Source: Hellea sp. (GTDB lineage: Bacteria; Pseudomonadota; Alphaproteobacteria; Caulobacterales; Maricaulaceae). From it: a DNA stretch of 35,677 nucleotides. Below the pieces are notes generated by a model. The model had not been told where the DNA came from. It worked only from the letters and a program-made list of their open reading frames with translations, and did no database searches. Positions 25,956 to 35,030 of the stretch are shown in pieces (the stretch's first letter is position 1; every line of letters begins with the position of its first letter). A program made the translations under genes and the position numbers. The stretch is from NCBI GenBank assembly GCA_020628635.1, contig JAHDEU010000001.1, forward strand, positions 1 through 35,677. Reading direction: 5' to 3'.

Positions 25956-27992
25956 ATGCAGGACACGATTTCAGACCTGAAGTTTTTCGTTCGCTTCATC
26001 CACGACGGAACCCGCCTCGGCGCGCCGGACGTGGACGGTGCAACCGAAGGCGACAGGCTCCGGGCAATCACCCGAGGCGCCAAGAGCAAGCGATCGAAAT
26101 CCCGCCGGGGCACGCTGCCCCTGCCAGCGGACGAGAGCAAACCGGGAAAGGCGAACGCCAAAGCGAAGGCTGGTTCGCAGCCATCTGCAAAGGCGCGTGC
26201 CAAGACCGCCGGCAAGGCCCCCGCACGGAAGTTCGGGGCAGATGTCGAGGACATCGCAGCGGAGGCGCGCACGGTGCTCCGGCGCGCGGACGCCATGCGT
26301 TTTACGTCTTCGCACAACCTCCGCCGCGCGCAGGCGCTGGGCGAAACGCGCGCAGCGAACACATCCAAGGCACGCGCTGCGGACGATCCGGTTCTGCAAT
26401 ACCGCTTCGGCCCAGACTTCAGCACGCAGGAACGCCAGTATTTGCTCAACAAATATCCCGTCGCGGCCCTGTTGCTGCAGCAAGGATATCCTGTGTTTGG
26501 CGAGGAAACCCAGATCAGCCCGTCGCGCCGGCGCGAACTCCTGTCCGGCATGAGCGCGAAAGCGCCTGCGGGCTGGGCCAGCCTCGACTACGCCTTGATC
26601 TCGGACGACCATGCCGCCCTGTTCGATGCCGGGCTGATCACATCCACCCTGCCATTCATCCGGCTGAAGGCCGGCAAGGCCATCAGGGGCGGCACGGATG
26701 CGAGCCTGGATCAGGACATGGTTGAGGGGTTCAAAGCCCGCGACCTGCCGGAATGGTTCGCCAGCGAACTGGCCAGCGTGGCGGCCTTTTCGCAGAACCT
26801 GGATGCGACGGGCGAGCTTGCCGGCAATTCGTACTGGTTCAATGACAGCGCCAGCTCGATCCGCGCCATTTCCGAAGCCCTGGATGGCGCCATTCCGCAA
26901 AACACCACCCACGCGCTGCTCGTGCCCTGGATCGGCAAGGGCGGCGGCGAACTGGTTTCCATCTGGCACGCCCTGGCGATCGACAGGGCGGGCGGTCATG
27001 CCGTCATGCTCGGCACGGATGGCGGCAAGCGTGAATGGCAGAACCGCCTTCCCGCCAGCACCACCTATGTGGAGTTGCCGGACGTGCTGGAGGCTGCGAG
27101 CCTGCCCGGACAGGGGCTGGATCCCGAGGACATCAAACACGCCCTGTCCGCCGTCCTGCGGGCGCGCGGCCTGCAGGCCGTCCATGTCATCAATTCCTAT
27201 CTCGGTTTTCAAACGCTCAAGACCCGGGCGGATTGGGGCAGCACCAAGGTGTTCGTGTCCCTGTTTGGCGTCGGCAAGGACAGCCACGGCCTGGATGCGG
27301 GCTATTGGCTCGAGGCGAGCGACCTGAAGGGCGTGGACCGTTTCCTGACGGACAACAGCGTCGTCCCCGACCAGCGGGCGGAGAGCTTCGGGCTCGCCCC
27401 CAGACAGGTGGCCGCGGTCGCCTATCCCGCGACGGCAACGCGCGCCTATCTGGATGTGGAGCGCCCGGACGGCGCGCGTCCGCAGATTCTCTGGGCATCG
27501 CGTCTGGACAACGAGAAACTTCCCACGCTGGTTTTCGAGATCGCCGCGCGCATGCCCGACGTGGACTTCAACATGTTCGGCTCGGCCGTGCTGGACAGCC
27601 TCACTCTCGACTCCGCTCCGGACAATGTGCGTATCCGCGGCGCCTTTGACGGATGGACGTCCCTGCCGGACGAGCCGTTCGAGTGTCTGCTCTTCACGTC
27701 CATGTGGGAAGGCCTGCCCAATGTGACCATCGAGGCCTTGGGGTCCGGTCTGCCAATCGTCGCGTCGAATGTGGGCGCCATCCGGGAAGTTGTCCGCGAG
27801 GATTGCGGTGTGCTGATCGACGATGTGTTCGAGCCAGACGGCTATGTGAAGGCCCTGCGCCAACTGCTGGACGATCCGGAACTGCGCCGCGAGATGGCCG
27901 CCAACGCCGTCGCGCAAATAGAGACGGAACGCAGCGTGGACAGTTTCATGAAGCGGCTGCACCAACTGGGCTACCTCACCCGGACCGAGTAG
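25956..27992 (+). CDS. Glycosyltransferase with C-terminal GT4 (GT-B) domain
   Basis: LWASRLDNEKLP, TSMWEGLPNVTIEALGSGLPIVASNVG (E-x7-E). Start moved to ATG 25956. Confidence 0.88.
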   Translation: MQDTISDLKFFVRFIHDGTRLGAPDVDGATEGDRLRAITRGAKSKRSKSRRGTLPLPADESKPGKANAKAKAGSQPSAKARAKTAGKAPARKFGADVEDIAAEARTVLRRADAMRFTSSHNLRRAQALGETRAANTSKARAADDPVLQYRFGPDFSTQERQYLLNKYPVAALLLQQGYPVFGEETQISPSRRRELLSGMSAKAPAGWASLDYALISDDHAALFDAGLITSTLPFIRLKAGKAIRGGTDASLDQDMVEGFKARDLPEWFASELASVAAFSQNLDATGELAGNSYWFNDSASSIRAISEALDGAIPQNTTHALLVPWIGKGGGELVSIWHALAIDRAGGHAVMLGTDGGKREWQNRLPASTTYVELPDVLEAASLPGQGLDPEDIKHALSAVLRARGLQAVHVINSYLGFQTLKTRADWGSTKVFVSLFGVGKDSHGLDAGYWLEASDLKGVDRFLTDNSVVPDQRAESFGLAPRQVAAVAYPATATRAYLDVERPDGARPQILWASRLDNEKLPTLVFEIAARMPDVDFNMFGSAVLDSLTLDSAPDNVRIRGAFDGWTSLPDEPFECLLFTSMWEGLPNVTIEALGSGLPIVASNVGAIREVVREDCGVLIDDVFEPDGYVKALRQLLDDPELRREMAANAVAQIETERSVDSFMKRLHQLGYLTRTE

Positions 27993-28100
27993 GGAAAAAA
28001 CCATCCCCGCTCTCCGGCCCGCCAAACAGCTCCCAAAGCCCGGCGGGGCCTGCGGTCAGGCGCCGCCTTCACCGATCCCATCCCCGCCCCGGCGCGGCCT

Positions 28101-28134
28101 TCCTACTGTGTGAGCGTTGAACCTCACACAAGGA
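28101..28134 (+). promoter_or_regulatory. Hairpin/inverted repeat overlapping the RBS of the tail-fibre gene
   Basis: TCCT-AC-TGTGTGAG-N8-CTCACACA-AGGA; perfect 8-bp stem, and TCCT can pair with the AGGA Shine-Dalgarno. Confidence 0.55.
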
Positions 28135-28143
28135 CCCACGCCC

Positions 28144-29979
28144 ATGCCCATCAATGCCGGCAACCCGCAATCGCCACGCCTCGCCCTTCCGCTGCTTGTC
28201 CCCGGACAGGCAGCCAAACACATCACCGTCAACGAGGCGCTGCTCCGGCTCGACAGCCTGGTGAATGTGGAGATCGAGGAGGCCGGACGCACGTCGCCCC
28301 CGGACGCGCCCGAAGAGGGCGAGGTCGTGCGGGTCCTGCCTTCGGCGACAGGGCCGTTCGCAGAACGGGACGGCGAATTGGCCGTGTACGTCAACGGCCA
28401 TTGGGACTTTGCCACGCCTGTTGCCGGGCAAACGGCGTGGGTGCGCAGCACGGGCGAGACACTCGTTTTCGATGGGACCCAATGGTCTGCCCCGACCCTG
28501 CCCGACCGAGCCGATCGTTTGGGCATCAATGCCAGCGCGTCGGACGGCCAACGCCTCGCCTTGGCGTCTGACACATCGCTGTTCAATCACGGCGATAGCG
28601 GCAGCCACCGTCTGACGCTGAACCGCGAGGGCGAGAACGACACCGCCACGCTGGTCTTCCAGACCGCATTCTCCGGGCGATCGGAAATCGGGCTGAGCGG
28701 CGCGGACGGCCTATCGGTCAAGGCCAGTGCGGACGGCGCGGAGTTCGTGTCCGTCCTGCGTGTGCCGCCGGCCGGCGAGCACCTGGCGATCGACCGGCCC
28801 ATCCTGTCGGACGCGCAGCTCGGCGACCCGTCCAACAGCCGCTTCGGCATCGGCGCGCTCGATGGCGGCCAGCTGACGCGGGGCGGCGGCACGCAGGGCC
28901 TGCGCAACACGGCTATCGGGCACAACGCCCTTCACGCGGCCGGAACCGCCAGCAACAATGTCGGTGTGGGCTACGGCGCAATGAGCGCGGTGACGACCGG
29001 TGGCAGCAATGTGGCCATCGGCGCGCGCGCCCTCGAAGACAACACCACTGGCGGGGCCAACACGGCAATCGGCTATTTCGCGCTGGGCGCATCGGTGAGC
29101 GGCAGCTTCAACACGGCCGTCGGCTATGCCAGCAGCCTGCAATCGCAGAGCGGCGTGGACAATACAGGGCTCGGCGCGTTCACTCTCTACCAATCCCAGA
29201 CCGGTTCCCAGAACACGGCGGTGGGCAGCAACACCTTGCGCAACAACGTGGCGGGCAGTTCCAACACCGCGATCGGTTCCGGTGCGCTCTACAGCACGGA
29301 TGCGAGCTACAACACGGCCATCGGCGGCAACAATCTGCGGCGCCATCTCACCGGCAACGGCAACAGCGCCCTGGGTCACGGCGCGGCGTTCGCTTTGGAA
29401 GACGGGGCCAGCAACACCGCGGTCGGGCGCAGCGCGCTGGGCAAGGCGGTGACGGGCAGCTCCAACACGGCCGTCGGCAACGACGCGCTGAGCTTCCGCG
29501 TGGACGGCGCCATGCTGACGGGCCTGTCCAACTGCACCGGCATCGGCGCGGGCGCGCGAGTGTCCGGCTCCAACCAGGTCCAGCTCGGCAACAGCGCCAC
29601 GACGACCTACGCGTTCGGGCCGGTGCAGCAGCGTTCCGACCGGCGCGACAAGCGGGACATCGCTCCGTCGCAGCTTGGGCTCGACTTCATCCTCGCCCTG
29701 GAGGCCGTGGACTACGTCATGGACTACCGCGACGATTACAGTGACGGCGAGCGCGACGGCCGCCACGCGCGAACGCGCCGCCATTGCGGGTTCATAGCCC
29801 AGCAGGTGGAGGACGCCTGCAACCGGCTTGGCGTGGACTTTTCCGGACTGCAGCATCACGCGCATGGCGGGGGCGGCGACGACGTGTACTCGCTCGGATA
29901 CACCGCGTTCATCGCGCCGCTCGTGGCTGCGGTGCAGGCCCTGCACGCGCGGGTAGAGGCGTTGGAGGGACGTTCGTAA
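28144..29979 (+). CDS. DUF2793-domain tail-fibre-like protein with 17-aa beta repeats and C-terminal intramolecular chaperone (peptidase S74-like)
   Basis: PRLALPLLVPGQAAKHITVNEALLRLD (DUF2793), SLFNH, FSGRSEIGL; NTAIG repeats; SDRRDKRDI, GFIAQQV, LVAAVQALHARVEALE. ATG 28144 with AAGGA RBS. Confidence 0.85.
   Translation: MPINAGNPQSPRLALPLLVPGQAAKHITVNEALLRLDSLVNVEIEEAGRTSPPDAPEEGEVVRVLPSATGPFAERDGELAVYVNGHWDFATPVAGQTAWVRSTGETLVFDGTQWSAPTLPDRADRLGINASASDGQRLALASDTSLFNHGDSGSHRLTLNREGENDTATLVFQTAFSGRSEIGLSGADGLSVKASADGAEFVSVLRVPPAGEHLAIDRPILSDAQLGDPSNSRFGIGALDGGQLTRGGGTQGLRNTAIGHNALHAAGTASNNVGVGYGAMSAVTTGGSNVAIGARALEDNTTGGANTAIGYFALGASVSGSFNTAVGYASSLQSQSGVDNTGLGAFTLYQSQTGSQNTAVGSNTLRNNVAGSSNTAIGSGALYSTDASYNTAIGGNNLRRHLTGNGNSALGHGAAFALEDGASNTAVGRSALGKAVTGSSNTAVGNDALSFRVDGAMLTGLSNCTGIGAGARVSGSNQVQLGNSATTTYAFGPVQQRSDRRDKRDIAPSQLGLDFILALEAVDYVMDYRDDYSDGERDGRHARTRRHCGFIAQQVEDACNRLGVDFSGLQHHAHGGGGDDVYSLGYTAFIAPLVAAVQALHARVEALEGRS
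28906..29490 (+). repeat. About 12 copies of a 17-aa (51-bp) degenerate coding repeat N-T-A-[IV]-G-x-x-A-L
   Basis: Counted in the translation: NTAIG, NVGVG, NVAIG, NTAIG, NTAVG, NTGLG, NTAVG, NTAIG, NTAIG, NSALG, NTAVG, NTAVG. Confidence 0.85.
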
Positions 29980-30069
29980 GCGTGCCCGCATAAAGACGGT
30001 CTTGCGTCATTGGCAGGGCTGCCAAGGCTTGGTAGAGCGCTTGGAATTCCAACCAAGGTTTCTCACGTC

Positions 30070-30288
30070 ATGTTGTTCCGGCTACTTCCAGTTCTTCTCG
30101 CCGCTATCGCGCTTGTCGGTGCGGCGACAACCCAGGCCCATGCCTATATCGATCCTGGTTCGGGCAGCGCCCTGCTGTCGATCATCATCGGTGCCTTCGT
30201 CGCCGTCGGGCTTGCCGTGAAGTCGTTCTGGTACAAGATCACCGGCTTCTTCGGCGGCAACAAGGGTGCGGATCAGGACGACGTCTAG
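30070..30288 (+). CDS. Small exported/membrane protein with AYIDPGSGS motif
   Basis: 72 aa from ATG 30070: signal peptide ending AHA, then YIDPGSGS, one TM helix and a short charged tail. Confidence 0.8.
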   Translation: MLFRLLPVLLAAIALVGAATTQAHAYIDPGSGSALLSIIIGAFVAVGLAVKSFWYKITGFFGGNKGADQDDV

Positions 30289-30322
30289 AGCAGACCCTGC
30301 GGACGTCCCGACCGTCTGAACC

Positions 30323-32974
30323 ATGGCGAATAACGCGCATATACAGACCCGCTCGGCCAAGCCGGCGGCAAGACCTGTGCCGGGTCCACGAGCCGTGCGC
30401 GTGCTTGGCGTGTTGGCGACGGTTCTGATTGCGGCGCAGATCGCCATCTTTCTGCCGTTGCGCCTGTGGTCGGACAACCAGTTCAATTTCACGGCATCGC
30501 CGGGCAGCGCCTGGTGGCTGTTCCTGGCCACTTTCCTGCTGATGGCGCTGGTCGGCGCGGCTCTGATCTGGGCCGCGCCGCGCCGCGCCCGACCGGCTCT
30601 GAGCGCGGTTGCGCTGGTCGCCGTCATCATCCTGTTCCTGCAGCAGAACGTGCTGGTCTGGGATTACGGCCTGCTGGACGGCTCTGCACTGGATTTCGCG
30701 TCCAACATGACGGGCGGGCTGATCGACCTGGGCGTTTGGGTCGGCGGGTTGGCACTGGCGTTTTTCGCGCGCAATGCCGTTCTGCGTTTCGGGCGGGAGA
30801 TTTTGCTGTTCGGCGTCGTCATGGCCGGGGTCAACACTCTGCCCAGCGTGATGAGCGCGGCGGGATCCAAGACGCCCGCCTATTCCGTTACCGAGGCCAA
30901 CAAGTTCGGTTTCTCCAACACGCGCAATATCCTGATCGTCAATTTCGACGCCTATCAATCCGACATATTCTACGACATCATCGACACCGAGCCCGAACTG
31001 CGGGAGCAGTTTGAGGGTTTTACCTTCTACGCAGACAATGCAGCCGTCTTTTCGCGCACCTATCCCAGCATCGTCGCCATGCTGACTGGTCGTCGCTACC
31101 AGAAGGACGAGCCGATCGTGGACTTCATCCAGTCCGCCTATGACCCGTCCGTCCTCAGCGCCCTGAAAGAGGCGGGCTGGAATGTCGAGATCTACATCGA
31201 AGATGCCGCGACCGTTGCGATGACGGACCGCATCGTGGATAACGTCGTTGGTGGTGTGCAGTATGGCGACGTGATCGAAGGCTATTTCACGGCGTTGGAC
31301 CTGTCGCTGTTCCGCTCCAGCCCTCACTGGCTGAAACCGCTCTTCTATGGCGGCGGCGAGTTCTTCACCCTGCCGCGCATGCAAGACAGGCTCATGGCGT
31401 TCGAGCCCGAGCGGGACAACGCTGTCGTGACCCTGCCCGCGCCGGGAGACCACGCCGCCACCCGCTTCCTGGGACAGCTGGACACGCATGCGACCGCGGA
31501 TGGGGATGCGCCCGCCTTGCGCTTCTATTCATTGCTGATCCCGCACGTGCCCTTCACGCTCAACCGCGACCTGCAACGCGAGGATCTGGGCGACGGGGAT
31601 TCGTTTGAGGCCTACCGGGAATACTCGCGCGCGGCCGTCCGGGTGATGACGGAGATTACCGACGACCTCAAACGTCTCGGCATCTACGATGACACGGCGA
31701 TATTTTTCGTGTCAGACCATGGCGGCGGCACGTTCAACCGGCAGCAGTATGACCCGGATGCCCGCCGCTTCGAGGAAACAGAACGCTTCGGCTACCACCG
31801 CGCGCCCGCCCGTGCCCTCATGCTCTACAAGCCAGTCGGCGCGAAGGGCCCGCTGTCGGTGTCCCAAAGCCCGACCTCCCTGCTGGACATCGCGCCCACC
31901 GTGGCAGCGCTGGCGGGCGTGACGGCAAGCGGTGCGGACGAGGGCAAGCCGCTCGGAACGCTGGCCGCGGATGCGGAGCGTTCGCGCCCATTCGCCTACT
32001 ACTCGTTCACGGGCTGGGACTCGCGCTATCTGGACGACTTCAAGGCCTATTCGATCAACGGACCGATCCGCGACCTGGCGAGTTGGGAAAGCCTCGGCGT
32101 GCAGAGCGCGGAGGTCAAGCTGACGGACAAGGCCACCTATGATCTGGGGTCCGTGGTCACCTATGGCTCCGACGTGAAAGGCGACACCGTTTACTTCAAC
32201 GCGTTCCTGGACGGCGACGCCGATGCGCGGACCACCACCAAGACCCATGTCGCGACCCCTGGACCTCTTTCCCTGACCGTGCCGCTGACGCGCGCGCTCG
32301 ACCCGCGGCGGGCCTACCGGCTGGACCTGTCCGTTGCATCGAGCAATGTCGATCGCCGCTACGCGCTCTACCTGAACGACCGGCTCATACGCGTGCTGAG
32401 CCCGCAGGGGCGGATGAGCAACATCCCGATCTATCTGCGGGGCAGCGAAATCGGCAAGACCGACCAGTTGCGGATGCGGCTGGAAAAGCAGTCGCCCGGT
32501 GCCCCCGGGGATCTGCGCCTCGCGTCGCTGACACTCTCCGAGGCCGAGGCCACCCCCTTGCCCGACGATCTCGTTCTCGAGCTGGGCGACGTCGATGCGC
32601 AGGCCGATTACGGTCTCTACGGCTTCTACTGGCGTTCGTGGTGGGGCCGGTGGACCAACATGACGGAGGCGGGCGTGGTTTTCGCCGCCGATCCGGCCCT
32701 TTGCAAAACGCATGATCTCGTGCTCGAAGTCGGCATCATGGGAGAGCCGCTGACCTTTGACGACATCTCCGTTGAGGTGAACGGGCAGTCCCTGTCCGAG
32801 CGCGCGCGCGGAGCGGGCAGCCAGGCCGGGCGCACGGCGATCCGCTTCGACTGCGGCGGGGCTCTGCGCGACGACTTCAACGCCGTGACCCTGCGCACGC
32901 CACGACTGGGCAATCCACCGGACGGGCCCAATCTCGGCATTCAGCTGCACAGCATCTCGCTCCAGCCGCGTTGA
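30323..32974 (+). CDS. Membrane-anchored alkaline-phosphatase/sulfatase-superfamily enzyme (LtaS/MdoB-like) with C-terminal beta-rich domains
   Basis: About 5 N-terminal TM helices; NILIVNFDAYQ, RTYPSIVAMLTG, PHVPF, YDDTAIFFVSDHG, SLLDIAPT; C-terminal WGRWT segment. Confidence 0.8.
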   Translation: MANNAHIQTRSAKPAARPVPGPRAVRVLGVLATVLIAAQIAIFLPLRLWSDNQFNFTASPGSAWWLFLATFLLMALVGAALIWAAPRRARPALSAVALVAVIILFLQQNVLVWDYGLLDGSALDFASNMTGGLIDLGVWVGGLALAFFARNAVLRFGREILLFGVVMAGVNTLPSVMSAAGSKTPAYSVTEANKFGFSNTRNILIVNFDAYQSDIFYDIIDTEPELREQFEGFTFYADNAAVFSRTYPSIVAMLTGRRYQKDEPIVDFIQSAYDPSVLSALKEAGWNVEIYIEDAATVAMTDRIVDNVVGGVQYGDVIEGYFTALDLSLFRSSPHWLKPLFYGGGEFFTLPRMQDRLMAFEPERDNAVVTLPAPGDHAATRFLGQLDTHATADGDAPALRFYSLLIPHVPFTLNRDLQREDLGDGDSFEAYREYSRAAVRVMTEITDDLKRLGIYDDTAIFFVSDHGGGTFNRQQYDPDARRFEETERFGYHRAPARALMLYKPVGAKGPLSVSQSPTSLLDIAPTVAALAGVTASGADEGKPLGTLAADAERSRPFAYYSFTGWDSRYLDDFKAYSINGPIRDLASWESLGVQSAEVKLTDKATYDLGSVVTYGSDVKGDTVYFNAFLDGDADARTTTKTHVATPGPLSLTVPLTRALDPRRAYRLDLSVASSNVDRRYALYLNDRLIRVLSPQGRMSNIPIYLRGSEIGKTDQLRMRLEKQSPGAPGDLRLASLTLSEAEATPLPDDLVLELGDVDAQADYGLYGFYWRSWWGRWTNMTEAGVVFAADPALCKTHDLVLEVGIMGEPLTFDDISVEVNGQSLSERARGAGSQAGRTAIRFDCGGALRDDFNAVTLRTPRLGNPPDGPNLGIQLHSISLQPR

Positions 32975-32979
32975 GCGGC

Positions 32980-34530
32980 ATGGACATACCCCGCCGGCCG
33001 TCCCGTCGTCTTTGCACTCTGGTCCTGCTGACGCTGGGCATCGGGCTCTATGCCTTGTCGCTCAGGAGCGCGAGCGCGGAGTTCACCGCCGCGCAACACC
33101 GCCAGCTCGCCCTATACGTGATGTTCTGGGTGGGCGTTCTGGCCGCCATCGCAGCCGTCCTGCCGTCGCGCGTCCGCGCCGTGGTGACGGCGGCCCTCGG
33201 CGCTCTGATCGTCATGAGCCAGTTCGCGTGGCTGACCGGCATCGCCAGTGCGCACCCGGCCCTGCAGCTTGCCTATGCCACCGGAGCGGCGGCGCTGACA
33301 TGGGGCGTGCTCCGAGCCGCAGCGTCCGGATCTTCCAGCCAAATGGTCATGGCAGCCGGGTGTGCGTTCCTCATCGGGCTTGCCGCGGTGACTGTTGTCC
33401 CCTGGTCCTTCGGCAGTGCGGCAGAACCCGCATTGGCCGCGGAAGACGGAGCCGCGCCCACCGACGCGCCGGACATCGTGTTTCTGTCGCTCGACAGCCT
33501 CGTGCCCGGGCCTCTCGCGCAAACCCTCATCCCCGGTTCGCAGCCCGTCTATATGGATGCCTTGGCGCATCACGGCGTACGCATTCTCCCCAATGGCTAC
33601 AGCGCCTTCATACCGACGCGGCCCGCGCTCAACAGCCTGCTCATGCTCGACGATGCGCGCTTTGCGGAGCTGGACGGAACCGCGCGGACCGAGTTCTTCA
33701 CCGGTGCGCGCTCCGGGCGGCTGGCTGAGGCACTCCGTCCGCTCGGCTACAGGGTCGAGACGTGGTTCGACTCCGCTTACATGGGCGAGCGCGCCGGGCC
33801 GGGCGTCGACTGGCTGCGCGCTGGCTTCGGCGAACAGACCCTGTGCAACCAGATCACGTCCCCGCTCGCTCTTTTCGGGCGCTGCCACCCGGCGCTGCGG
33901 CGCGTCCTGGACGGAAGCGAGACCGGCACGCCGTCAGAAGCCATGGGCGCGGCCATCGCCTCTACCCTGGCGGAGCGCAGGTCCGACGGACCGCCCCTCT
34001 TCCTGATGGCCCATGTCTATTCGCCAGGCCACACCGCTGCCAATGCGCGTGTGGACAAGACGGAGCGCAAATACCTGCATGCGGACGCGGACGCTCGCGA
34101 AACCTACTCAGCCTATTTCAACCGCAAGTCGCGCATTGCCGCCGCCCAGATCGACCGCGTGCTGTCAGCGGCAGCGGCAAGCCCGCGCCCGACGCTGGTC
34201 TTCGTCTACGGCGACCACGGCCCTTACACCACGCGGCGCCTGCCGCTGGATGCGGAAACCGGCCTGCCTCGCGATCCCGAGCAGACGCTGCGTTATCTCA
34301 CCGACCGCCACGGCGTCCTGTTGGGCCTGTGGCCTGGCACGGCATGCGAACCGCAGATGGAACCGCTCGCCACCCAAACCGCCACGCTCAGCAGCGAGGC
34401 CGCCCGGGCCGTGCTTCGCTGCGCTGGAGCAGACATTCCCGACCGCAGCGCCGATCCGTTCATCGCGCTGGCCACCGGACAGAAGATCGACCCGAACGAT
34501 CACCCTTACGAGCAGCCAGGCACACCATGA
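32980..34530 (+). CDS. Second membrane-anchored alkaline-phosphatase/sulfatase-superfamily protein
   Basis: About 5 TM helices; PDIVFLSLDSL, PTRPALNSLL, HVYSPGH, VFVYGDHGP; start ATG 32980 or TTG 32971. Confidence 0.75.
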   Translation: MDIPRRPSRRLCTLVLLTLGIGLYALSLRSASAEFTAAQHRQLALYVMFWVGVLAAIAAVLPSRVRAVVTAALGALIVMSQFAWLTGIASAHPALQLAYATGAAALTWGVLRAAASGSSSQMVMAAGCAFLIGLAAVTVVPWSFGSAAEPALAAEDGAAPTDAPDIVFLSLDSLVPGPLAQTLIPGSQPVYMDALAHHGVRILPNGYSAFIPTRPALNSLLMLDDARFAELDGTARTEFFTGARSGRLAEALRPLGYRVETWFDSAYMGERAGPGVDWLRAGFGEQTLCNQITSPLALFGRCHPALRRVLDGSETGTPSEAMGAAIASTLAERRSDGPPLFLMAHVYSPGHTAANARVDKTERKYLHADADARETYSAYFNRKSRIAAAQIDRVLSAAAASPRPTLVFVYGDHGPYTTRRLPLDAETGLPRDPEQTLRYLTDRHGVLLGLWPGTACEPQMEPLATQTATLSSEAARAVLRCAGADIPDRSADPFIALATGQKIDPNDHPYEQPGTP

Positions 34531-35030
34531 GCCTTTTCCATCGTCTGATCCTCTTCGCCGTCTCTGTGTCTCTTTGCGCGCTCATGTCAGGTTGCGCGGG
34601 AGACACACCAAAGGAGACCGCGCCCAGCGTCCTCGACATCCGTGTCCTGCCCATGAGTTCACTCGGCGAGGACCTGTCGGGCGAACGCGCCCTGCCCTAT
34701 ACACGCACCGGCGAGCAATCCGCCGAATTCTCGCTATCCATGGCGGGAGACCTCCTGGTCTTCTCCAAGCCGCGCTGCACGCCCGCCGACCGGCCCTATT
34801 ACTTTATCGTCCACGTCACGCCCGAAGACGAGAGCGACCTGTTGGATCCCGCCCGCAGCTTCAACAATGAGGACTTCAAGCCCGACTTTTTCGAGGACGA
34901 TGCGCGCTGTCTCGCCGTGACCTATGCGCCCGACTATCCCGTCAGCCGCATCAAGGTCGGCCAGTATGAACGCTCGCTCGGGTCACGCTGGACGGCCTGG
35001 GTCGAGGGCGAGGACGTGCTCGGCCGCTAG
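34527..35030 (+). CDS. Lipoprotein of unknown function (167 aa)
   Basis: ATGA overlap with the upstream stop; lipobox MSGC; FIVHVTP...FNNEDF...CLAV...PDYPVSRIKVGQY. It is the real 3' part of track ORF 33762..35030. Confidence 0.75.
   Translation: MSLFHRLILFAVSVSLCALMSGCAGDTPKETAPSVLDIRVLPMSSLGEDLSGERALPYTRTGEQSAEFSLSMAGDLLVFSKPRCTPADRPYYFIVHVTPEDESDLLDPARSFNNEDFKPDFFEDDARCLAVTYAPDYPVSRIKVGQYERSLGSRWTAWVEGEDVLGR

Noticed and set aside
28109-28128. TGTGA...TCACA as a CRP/FNR site
   Set aside because: The spacer is 10 bp rather than 6; better explained as a hairpin.
28906-29490. Periodic ~51-bp repeats as a possible CRISPR array
   Set aside because: Degenerate at synonymous positions, in frame within a protein, no constant repeat with unique spacers, no cas genes.
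28144-29979. Prophage
   Set aside because: Only one phage-like gene; no integrase, capsid, terminase or att-like repeats seen.
25971-32950. Minus-strand ORFs 25971..28025, 28711..29991, 30239..31489, 31712..32950
   Set aside because: Shadows of the GT4, tail-fibre and AlkP-family genes.
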